This document shows, in pieces, positions 1 through 7,458 of a stretch of 24,619 bases of DNA. Source of the stretch: a virus (taxonomy: Duplodnaviria; Caudoviricetes). The stretch covers positions 1 through 24,619 of the IMG/VR virus record IMGVR_UViG_3300017646_000156. One strand, written 5' to 3'. Each line of letters begins with the position of its first letter. Positions within the stretch are counted from its first letter, which is position 1. Under the pieces are notes generated by a model. That model was not told the origin of the DNA. It made no database searches and saw only the letters and a program-made list of their open reading frames with translations. The translations under genes were made by a program, and so were the position numbers.

Positions 1-185
1 GCTACCGTCAAAACAAGTTGCGGGGGCCGCACTCCTGTCCAGTCCGCCAAAATCGGTTTATCCCGCCGAGAAGAGACGGTAATGATTGGCGCGGGATTAC
101 CCTCGCTTCGCCGCGTATTTCGGGTGCGAAACAGCCCAAAGTCTCGGCTCGGTCGAGTAGGTCGCCGCACCGTGGCAAGGCCGTT

Positions 186-1970
186 TTAGCCTCCTGCTGG
201 GGCGGGTACGTTCCAGATCGACCGGGCCAAGCTGCGAATCATGTCTTGTCGCTTCGTCAAATTCTGCTCGTTCCATTCCGCGAACGGCTCAATCCCCGCG
301 ACAGCGGCATCGATCTTCGTGTTCGTGCCGACTTTGGGCCGTTCCGCGACCGCGCGAGTGAAGAGCAACTGCGACTGTGGGTAGACGCCCTTTTTCTGCG
401 AGAACGGCCGATTGCCAAGTGACGCATTGATCGATTTCTCGACGAGCACGAGGTTTCCCAAACGGTCAACGGCGTTCACATCGGTCGCCGCGCCGAACTC
501 CTGCTTGGCATCGTTGCCAGGCGTTTGAGGATAAATGTGCTCGATCTCGTAGCCACCGCTGGTGTACTTGCCGAGCCACTTTGTTCCTTCAGTCTCGCCA
601 TAGGCCGCCAATTCCACATGCTGCGTCAACTTGGCGAGGATATAACGCAAGCGGTATTGCTGCACGGAACCCGCATACAGTCGCCGGAATGCGTCATCGA
701 ATCTTGCAGCGAAGTCTGCTCGCGCCGGTGCGAAGCTCTTGCTGATGAACGCTTCCAACTCTTCGGCGGACTTGGCCTTCCGCAGGTCGACTGCCCAGCG
801 TGCAAACTTCCGCTCGAACTCGCGCGTCGCCTCGCGAGTAATTACATATACGAAAAACAAGTTTTCCACCTCTTTCGCCAAGCGGTCGAAATGCTCTCCC
901 GAAAGATGCCGACCAGCCAGCAGCAGGATCAGGTGTTGCCGCGCCGCTTTGCCTCCCAGCAATTGCAGGTTTTCCAGGTAGCGATTCTTTTTTCCCAGAT
1001 GATCGCAGCCGTCAAGGAAGTGCCGGTACGCTTCTGCAGCGTCCAGCAACTCTTTGGCGAACGCTAGGGGATCGCTCCCATAGCGGCAGACCTTTTCGTT
1101 CTTGGCGAACCAGCCGTAAATCTCGTCTTCGCGCAGGAGCTCAACGTCATAGCGGCTGAAAATGAAGTAGCGCAGGAACCGCAGGGGCTTTTCGCCCATG
1201 TCATAGATCGTGTCCTGCATCTTCTTCCAAATATTCTTCAGCTTGTCGAACTGCGGGCGGCTGGCCTTCATGAAGAGCAGGTTCTTCAAAAGGTCCATCG
1301 CGTCGAGTCCAACACCGCGGTCGTTGATCGTCTCGAAGATCTTCAACGCCTTGGCGACATCCTCGGTCTGGATGCGGATCAACTTCACCTTGTTGGTCAG
1401 GTAGCCGTAGAACGCGCGCAGCGTCGCAGCGTCTTCGCCAAACTCGCGGCGCAGGAACGTCAGCGTCACCTCGTAGGCATTGACGATGTTGGAAATAGAT
1501 CGCGTCTTGGCCTGCCCATCGATCCCAGGCTTTCCGTCCGCGATTCGGACCAGCACATCGCCGCTATCCTCATATTGCAGGTCGAGCCGGTAGCGAAAGT
1601 GATCGTTGCCGGCCGCATCGGTCGATGTGGCGGCGATCTGCGGTCCCAGCGCCCCTGGCGGCGACTGCTTCAATTCCTTGAGGCGGTCGCGTATAGCGCA
1701 CAATGTCACGAAGATGGTTGTTAGCCGCTGCTGTCCATCGATTACGTCAAGGACACCATTTGTCCCTGGGCAGACGACGATGCTGCCGATGAAGTACTCG
1801 GGAGCCTTGGCGGGGTCCGCGCCAGCGAGTTCCGCGTTGATGTCGGTCAGCAACTGCTCGACCTGATCTGTTTCCCATACGTATTCCCGCTGGTAGTCGG
1901 GCACCACGTAGAACGCCTGAAAAAGGTCGGCAACCTTAATGTCATGGCTTTGAATGGTTTGCTCGCTCAT
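186..1970 (-). CDS. DUF262 + DUF1524 (HNH) protein, GmrSD/SspE-like modification-dependent restriction nuclease
   Basis: 594 aa. N-terminal VPDYQREYVW, IDGQQRLTT and FETINDRG are DUF262 motifs. C-terminal EIEHIYPQ...LGNLVLVEKSINASLGN is the DUF1524 HNH-like motif. Confidence 0.9.
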   Translation of the reverse strand: MSEQTIQSHDIKVADLFQAFYVVPDYQREYVWETDQVEQLLTDINAELAGADPAKAPEYFIGSIVVCPGTNGVLDVIDGQQRLTTIFVTLCAIRDRLKELKQSPPGALGPQIAATSTDAAGNDHFRYRLDLQYEDSGDVLVRIADGKPGIDGQAKTRSISNIVNAYEVTLTFLRREFGEDAATLRAFYGYLTNKVKLIRIQTEDVAKALKIFETINDRGVGLDAMDLLKNLLFMKASRPQFDKLKNIWKKMQDTIYDMGEKPLRFLRYFIFSRYDVELLREDEIYGWFAKNEKVCRYGSDPLAFAKELLDAAEAYRHFLDGCDHLGKKNRYLENLQLLGGKAARQHLILLLAGRHLSGEHFDRLAKEVENLFFVYVITREATREFERKFARWAVDLRKAKSAEELEAFISKSFAPARADFAARFDDAFRRLYAGSVQQYRLRYILAKLTQHVELAAYGETEGTKWLGKYTSGGYEIEHIYPQTPGNDAKQEFGAATDVNAVDRLGNLVLVEKSINASLGNRPFSQKKGVYPQSQLLFTRAVAERPKVGTNTKIDAAVAGIEPFAEWNEQNLTKRQDMIRSLARSIWNVPAPAGG

Positions 1971-2025
1971 GCTCGCCCTTTGTACCGAAGGATTCTTTTT
2001 GCTGTTGTCGTAGGATCGCCGGCGA

Positions 2026-2994
2026 TCACGTCAACCAACGAGGATCTCGTTCTGGTTCGTACCGGAATATCAGGCCGGGTGAAATCGAATTTTGCAGATG
2101 CCGGCCGAGGACGGCATGTTCATTGCGAATGCTGTCGATGGCGCGGCTGACCGCCATTGAGACCGCCTTGCGAATTTTCTCTGAATCAGTGCGTTCGCGT
2201 CTCTTGCCGCCGAGGCCCGTCGCTCTCGCGATTTCAGTCGCAAAGGCATCCATCTCCGACTGCAATTGGTCGATACGCCCCAGATCGTTGCTGCCTTCCG
2301 CTTCTTGCAGTTCCTCTTGTAATTCCATGTATCGCTGTTTGTACTTGGCTATCGCTTGGTCGTCGAGCAACCGTCCCGATGTGCCGGTCGTGATTCGCGG
2401 GTCGATGCCAGCAACGGCCGCCAGCAGGGACGCCGCGGGAACGATCCGGCCGGGGTCCGCGAGTAGCCGCGCGAGGTAGGACAGCCCGCGGGCGTCTTCC
2501 ATCAGGATCAACGCGCGTTCGTATTTGATCACCCACACCTGCCCCAGGCGGCGAAAGACGCTCGGGGATTGGTCGAGTTCCCGCAGCGCTGCTTCGATAT
2601 CTTCCGTCGGCACGGCGGGCTTGGGCCTGGCGAGCGTCTCCGCGGTCATGCGGTAGATATAGGTCACCGGCGATCGCCGACGTAATATTCTGCCGCAACT
2701 GGAGCAATCGCAGTCGTCGCCATCGTCCCACGCCTCCCGTAGTTCGCTGGCGGGCATCAGGTTCTGGCAGCGCTGGCACTCCATCATTTCCTGAGCGAGC
2801 AACACCTCCCGCTCAACCAGGAGATCGAAGATGGCGACCACCTGGTTGGCGTCGGTTTCCAGTCGGCACGCGAAATCCGCCGGGCGTAAGGGCGAGGCCG
2901 TGAAGATGGTCGCGAGCATTTCATCGACCCGCTCCATCGCTGCCTGCAAATCCCGGTGCTCACGCGCAATGGCTTCGGATTCGTGAAAGTACAT
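2026..2994 (-). CDS. Hypothetical protein: possible wHTH + Zn ribbon + C-terminal transcriptional-regulator-like domain
   Basis: 322 aa with CQRC...CSSC pairs. The C-terminal half (FRRLGQVWVI...GLSYLARLLADPG...GLGGKRR...RKAVSMAVSRAI...LGRHL...YEP) resembles the C-terminal module I recall from large ATPase-linked regulators. Start overlaps the upstream gene by 35 bp. Confidence 0.7.
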   Translation of the reverse strand: MYFHESEAIAREHRDLQAAMERVDEMLATIFTASPLRPADFACRLETDANQVVAIFDLLVEREVLLAQEMMECQRCQNLMPASELREAWDDGDDCDCSSCGRILRRRSPVTYIYRMTAETLARPKPAVPTEDIEAALRELDQSPSVFRRLGQVWVIKYERALILMEDARGLSYLARLLADPGRIVPAASLLAAVAGIDPRITTGTSGRLLDDQAIAKYKQRYMELQEELQEAEGSNDLGRIDQLQSEMDAFATEIARATGLGGKRRERTDSEKIRKAVSMAVSRAIDSIRNEHAVLGRHLQNSISPGLIFRYEPERDPRWLT

Positions 2995-4012
2995 AGCGCA
3001 CTGTCTCCTCGTTATTCGGCGTCGGGAAATTGATCCGATTCTTGGACCCTACGAGGATCACATGAATATCGGACTCAAACGGGCAAGGGACCGGCCCCGT
3101 TCCATTGGTCGGCACCCAATAAAAGTTGCCGAGATGCCCAACCCCCGCCTTGCGGATCGCACGCATTGCGGCATCGATGCTCGCTTCGCCAAGCAGCGGA
3201 TCGGCGGCCGAGGCGCTCTTGCCCCCGAAGCGCCGGCCCTGCAGGGTGCGGTAATCGATCCCGTGCGAGCGGGTTTCGCCCGCACCCGATTCCTCCAGCG
3301 CATGCAGCTGGGTGATTGGCGGGCGCAGATCGCAAGGCGTAAACAGCGAGCGATCAAGCCAGCCCTCGATCAGTTCAAAAAACTCGTCGGCCACATCGTC
3401 GTAGTCAAACCCGGTCGGGAGCTGAGAGATTTGCAGGAAGGCGGTGTTGGCGACCAAGTCCCATTCGAACGCCACGAGGCTCCGCGTGACGCGATGCACG
3501 AACGCACGCAGTTCAATGTCATCGCCCTCTTCGGTGGTCGAAGAGTCGTCATAGTCTTCGTCGCGTTCCCACCAGTCGCGCCGCTTGATCGCGGTGATTC
3601 GCAGGCGGCGCGGATCGTGCTGGATCGAGGACACCTTCATCTTGTCGGGCAGGACGATCGGCAGGTTGGCATTCAGATACTTCGCAAGCCGATGCTTCTT
3701 GAGCAGTTGCTCGACCCATGCCTCTTTGCGCCAGTTGGCAATCGAGGACGTCGGCCCCTTGAAGAGGTAAACGTGCTGCTTGCCCCAAGGAATCACGCTA
3801 TCCAGAAACTCCACGATTCGGGGCAGCGATAAGGAGCCGTCGTCCAGCGCCTCTTCGATGCGCTCTCGAAGTTCCTCCTTGGTCCCCGACCGCGCCAGGC
3901 CGACGCTAGCCAGGAACTCGCCGATTTGCTTCTTCTTCAGGGTCAACAGGTCAGCAATGATCAGTGCCTGCTCATCCTTGGTGAATGAAGCTGCTTTCGC
4001 CTGAGTGGCCAT
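2960..4012 (-). CDS. Hypothetical protein with N-terminal SAP/HeH-like DNA-binding motif
   Basis: Start reassigned to ATG 4012 (MATQAK), preceded by a GGGAGG RBS; 350 aa. LTLKKKQIGEFLASVGLARSGTKEELRERIEE fits the SAP pattern; the remainder is unrecognised. Confidence 0.7.
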   Translation of the reverse strand: MATQAKAASFTKDEQALIIADLLTLKKKQIGEFLASVGLARSGTKEELRERIEEALDDGSLSLPRIVEFLDSVIPWGKQHVYLFKGPTSSIANWRKEAWVEQLLKKHRLAKYLNANLPIVLPDKMKVSSIQHDPRRLRITAIKRRDWWERDEDYDDSSTTEEGDDIELRAFVHRVTRSLVAFEWDLVANTAFLQISQLPTGFDYDDVADEFFELIEGWLDRSLFTPCDLRPPITQLHALEESGAGETRSHGIDYRTLQGRRFGGKSASAADPLLGEASIDAAMRAIRKAGVGHLGNFYWVPTNGTGPVPCPFESDIHVILVGSKNRINFPTPNNEETVRYVLSRIRSHCA

Positions 4013-4037
4013 CTTCTGCCTCCCATAATTGGGCGTG

Positions 4038-4068
4038 ACTGTACGCTGAACAGTAAACGCCGTGTCAA
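4038..4068 (-). promoter_or_regulatory. Candidate sigma70 promoter with overlapping palindromic operator for the 4012 gene
   Basis: Minus strand TTGACA (4068-4063), 19 nt, TACAGT (4043-4038). Inverted repeat ACTGT-N7-ACAGT at 4038-4054. Confidence 0.5.
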
Positions 4069-4082
4069 AAAAAATACGCCGT

Positions 4083-4841
4083 TCACTCGAACAGCGAGGG
4101 TTCCTTCTTTCGCAGCAAGAGTTGCATTCCCTCCAGCCGAATCCGCATTGCGTCGGGCGAGACTTCGAACGTCTCGGCCAACGGTCGAGCCGCATGTTCC
4201 AGAAGCATATTTTCTTCAGCATCGTCGCCCGACTTGAATCCGCCCCGCCGCAGAACTTCGGCCGTCAGGATTTGCTGGCGACGGGCGTTGAGGTCGTCGA
4301 GGTAGATCGGGTCCATGCTGCCGCGCCATTCGTGCCAGGCACGTTTGACCATCTCACGCGGCATCAGCAGGCAGGCGGCAAAGCGATTGGCTTGTATTTC
4401 CTTTCGGTCGCTGTCGCCGGAGCGCAGAACGTGGTCGGGTCGGGCCGGCAGGTTCGATAGCAGCGCTCGCTCGCCGGCGCGGCGCAGATACAAATGCCGG
4501 TGCAAGCGCCAGTGCCCAAGCTCGTGTGCGAGCGTGAAGCGGTAGCGGCCGCGCATGGCGGGGAAGTCCTCGGGCACCAGGCTCAGGTCGATGGCGATCT
4601 TCTTCTCCTGAAAGTAGATGCCGCCCAGCACGTCCCCTTCGGGATACTCGGCCCGTAAGTCACGGAACTCGACCGTGATCTTCAGGTATTCCTCCACGAT
4701 GTCGTCGATGGGAATGGGCGGCGCGGTCACGACGCCATGATCCTTGCCGTATTCGGCCAGCAGCACCGTCACTTCGGTTTCGAAGTCTTGCGGCTGCATG
4801 TAGCGCGGCGTCGATTCCGGTTTGAAGGAGCGTCGGGCCAT
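4083..4841 (-). CDS. ImmA/IrrE family Zn metallo-endopeptidase (DUF955)
   Basis: 252 aa. RYRFTLAHELGHW (HExxH), EIQANRFAACLLMP and a C-terminal HTH-like LAETFEVSPDAMRIRL. Directly follows the XRE gene. Confidence 0.92.
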   Translation of the reverse strand: MARRSFKPESTPRYMQPQDFETEVTVLLAEYGKDHGVVTAPPIPIDDIVEEYLKITVEFRDLRAEYPEGDVLGGIYFQEKKIAIDLSLVPEDFPAMRGRYRFTLAHELGHWRLHRHLYLRRAGERALLSNLPARPDHVLRSGDSDRKEIQANRFAACLLMPREMVKRAWHEWRGSMDPIYLDDLNARRQQILTAEVLRRGGFKSGDDAEENMLLEHAARPLAETFEVSPDAMRIRLEGMQLLLRKKEPSLFE

Positions 4842-4846
4842 GTGCG

Positions 4847-5212
4847 TCAGTTCTCCTCGTCTCGCTTGATGCGTTCGGCTTCCTCCCGCACTCGGCGCAG
4901 TTGATCGGCGGTCATGCCGCGCACGGCGCGCAGCAAATCCGGCACCCCCTTGGGCTCCTCACGGATGATCTCTGGCAAGTCCTCGCTAAGGCGGCCGGCC
5001 AGGGCGCTCAACTCGTCCACGTCTTCACCAAGAATCTCGGCCATACGCCGCACGCGATCGGCGGTCGGCGGATCGACATTCGACTGCTCGACCTGCGAAA
5101 GGTAGGTCGGGCTGACCCCGACCAACTGGGCGAACTTGCGCAAGCTGAATCCCTTCTCCATTCGCTTCTCGCGAAGAACCTCACCGAACCTTTGAGGACG
5201 GCTTTTTGTCAT
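4847..5212 (-). CDS. XRE-family helix-turn-helix transcriptional regulator
   Basis: 121 aa. FGEVLREKRMEKGFSLRKFAQLVGVSPTYLSQVE is a canonical HTH_3/XRE motif. Confidence 0.92.
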   Translation of the reverse strand: MTKSRPQRFGEVLREKRMEKGFSLRKFAQLVGVSPTYLSQVEQSNVDPPTADRVRRMAEILGEDVDELSALAGRLSEDLPEIIREEPKGVPDLLRAVRGMTADQLRRVREEAERIKRDEEN

Positions 5213-5267
5213 ATTCGGATTTATCTTTCTGTCAACGAGCGTAATCGCCCGAAGTGTATTTCTTGCA

Positions 5268-6293
5268 CTAAGAGGTGGACGTTGGCTTGCCCGCCGCTAT
5301 CCCGCCTGCCAGCTTCTCAACAAGGTCGGCTAGGCGCAGCACTGCGCTTTCTCTGATGACTAAGCGCTGACCGACGTTGTAGCTTCGGTCCAAAGACCGG
5401 TCGATGTACTGTTGGTCGACGATTCCCTCGCAGTGGCTCAGAAGATGCCTCTGCTGGAAAAACACACCCAGTTCGGCCAGTTCGACCACCGAAAGAACGT
5501 CTTCGTACCCGTTACCTGTCGCAGACTTCCAGGCAACGGTTGATTCGGTGAGATTCTGGAACAAGTTGCGTCGAATTTTAATGCTCGCGGCACTGGGCAG
5601 GCTTACGAAGACAGCTTCTGCAAAACGCTGAAACGAGGCCACCAACTTCACAAGCCCGTTTTCCAACACTTGTCGCCCCGTATCTGCAGCCGCGTCCTTT
5701 CCGGCGACCGACTCAACAGTCGCCTTTATGCGTGGAAGATGCGTGACTGTTGCCCGCACCCCTTCAACCGCTGCGGCGAATGTTGACTTCGCGCTATTGC
5801 TGCCACATGCCGGACAAAAGAATGAAGCGCCGATCGAACTATACCTGCACGCGCACGATTCGCAGGTGAATTGCTGGCGCATTTCGTCTGCGGCATCTGG
5901 TGGAATCAATATCGTCGCGCCGCTTGGCTTGATTTGCATCGACATCGAGATCAATCCGCCTCGCGGCTGACGGGCATTGAAGGATCGAGCGTCTTCCCTC
6001 ATTGCGTTGTTCACGACTTTCTTCAGATGAGCCATCGCAGCTCGCTGTATGTACTCCTGCTGTGCGTCGGTGTTCCATTCTGTTGCTGGTGCCTCGTGCC
6101 GACAGAATGGACAGTACACGACTTCGTCCTGAACTTTGTCGCGCCAGTCGTCGAATACGACCTTGAATTCGCCCTGGCAATCACCGGATGGACAGCGCCG
6201 ATCCATGTGACCGTTCTCATCCAGGGGAATGTGGATTGGCACCCGAACCCCGCGTTCCAACTTTTTCAGTTCCCTGAGCAGCTTATCGAACAT
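5268..6293 (-). CDS. Double Zn-ribbon protein with C-terminal HEPN-like Rx4H motif
   Basis: 341 aa with CPSGDC, CPFC, CESC and CPAC. The helical C-terminal region contains QQRHLLSHCEG. Starts 4 bp after the hsdS stop. Confidence 0.7.
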   Translation of the reverse strand: MFDKLLRELKKLERGVRVPIHIPLDENGHMDRRCPSGDCQGEFKVVFDDWRDKVQDEVVYCPFCRHEAPATEWNTDAQQEYIQRAAMAHLKKVVNNAMREDARSFNARQPRGGLISMSMQIKPSGATILIPPDAADEMRQQFTCESCACRYSSIGASFFCPACGSNSAKSTFAAAVEGVRATVTHLPRIKATVESVAGKDAAADTGRQVLENGLVKLVASFQRFAEAVFVSLPSAASIKIRRNLFQNLTESTVAWKSATGNGYEDVLSVVELAELGVFFQQRHLLSHCEGIVDQQYIDRSLDRSYNVGQRLVIRESAVLRLADLVEKLAGGIAAGKPTSTS

Positions 6294-6297
6294 CGAA

Positions 6298-7458
6298 TCA
6301 CAGACCTCCCTGAAAAGCGCGTTCGAGGATTGCGGGGATTAGGGCATCGCGGGCTCGCGATGCCTCTGCCCGCGTGGTCCGAACAGATATCATCTTCAAA
6401 AGTAAGCGATCGAATTGCCGCTGCGACTCGATCGCCGGTACAGGTACGCAGATGTCGAGCATCTTCTTAGAACTCAATGTCCGGTTGCGGTCCGCGCTGC
6501 CGGGCGACGCCTCGCCGACATGGTAAAGGCCCTCGGGACTAAGCAGGTAGAAACACAAGAAATGCGCCGTCGCCACGCCACCAACGGGAACGAACGTCAG
6601 ATACCGGTGTGACCCGTAGCGGCCATCGTCGTCAGGGCCGGCGACGGCAATCGCGCCTTCCCATGCCTTTATGTTGCTAACGAGAATGTCTCCGCACTTC
6701 ACGAGGTATGGCTTTTGCCACGTGATTTCATTGCCAAGCAAGGGGGGGTTATGGAACGTGCCCCTGCCAAACGAGCGGACAGAGACCTGTGGGTACTCCA
6801 TCGCGGGATCGATCTCAGCCGGACGGCGAATCAACGGAGCGACTTCGCCCAAGGGCCGCCGAGGCGCGCGGTCTGCGATCCGGCGGAACTCGGCCATCAA
6901 GAGGCCGTTGGACCTTGTATCGCAATCGCGCACTAATTGCTGAGCTTCCTCTATCTTGGCGGCAAGCCGATCTACGCCGGCGACGATCCGCAATTGCTCC
7001 TCCAGAGGAGGCAGGGGAATCTGCAGACGTAAGAAGTGTTCCTCTTTTAGTCGGTTGCGACTGGTTGGCGTTGCGCCGTGACTTAACCCCAACGCGTCGT
7101 TCCAGGCGGATTCACGACTGAAGTAGTACCAAAGAAATTGAGGGTCCAACCGCTCATTATTTGCCGTAAAGCAAGGAAACTCGTTTGATACGAAGCAGCC
7201 GTCGTTGTACTCCGTCGCAACAGCGAACGATCCTTTCCATGCGAAAAGGCGGTTGTAAACGAAATCTCCTTGCTGCACCCGGTACAGCTTGGCTGCCTTG
7301 ATTTCGCTACCTGGCTTCCGTTCTTTGGGGTACAAGCCTCTTGCATACCATCTGGCCCCAAGAAGCGTATATTCCTCTTTCGGATCGACCGCCACTGGCC
7401 GACAGACTGGCGACAGTAATTCGCCGAGTGGGACGATTGGCCATCCGTTGCTGCTCAT
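6298..7458 (-). CDS. hsdS: Type I restriction-modification specificity subunit S
   Basis: 386 aa. Two TRD repeats, each followed by a conserved region (IPLPPLEEQLRIV; VPVPAIESQRQF...ILERAFQGGL). ATGA overlap with hsdM. Confidence 0.9.
   Translation of the reverse strand: MSSNGWPIVPLGELLSPVCRPVAVDPKEEYTLLGARWYARGLYPKERKPGSEIKAAKLYRVQQGDFVYNRLFAWKGSFAVATEYNDGCFVSNEFPCFTANNERLDPQFLWYYFSRESAWNDALGLSHGATPTSRNRLKEEHFLRLQIPLPPLEEQLRIVAGVDRLAAKIEEAQQLVRDCDTRSNGLLMAEFRRIADRAPRRPLGEVAPLIRRPAEIDPAMEYPQVSVRSFGRGTFHNPPLLGNEITWQKPYLVKCGDILVSNIKAWEGAIAVAGPDDDGRYGSHRYLTFVPVGGVATAHFLCFYLLSPEGLYHVGEASPGSADRNRTLSSKKMLDICVPVPAIESQRQFDRLLLKMISVRTTRAEASRARDALIPAILERAFQGGL

Noticed and set aside
1-185. Possible att site, tRNA or terminator at the left edge (GGTAAT-N12-ATTACC at 78-101)
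   Set aside because: No tRNA fold, no partner repeat seen in the window and no convincing U-tract; the 18-422 ORF overlaps the nuclease antisense.
186-1970. Assignment to a Dnd/Ssp or BREX system
   Set aside because: No dnd, ssp or brx genes in the window; cannot be excluded beyond the left edge.
4038-4054. Canonical E. coli-type LexA box
   Set aside because: Spacer is 7 rather than 8 nt and the host is probably not a gammaproteobacterium; kept only as a generic operator.
4013-4222. 70-aa N-terminal extension of the 2960-4222 ORF
   Set aside because: Overlaps the peptidase gene and the promoter candidate; the RBS supports ATG 4012.
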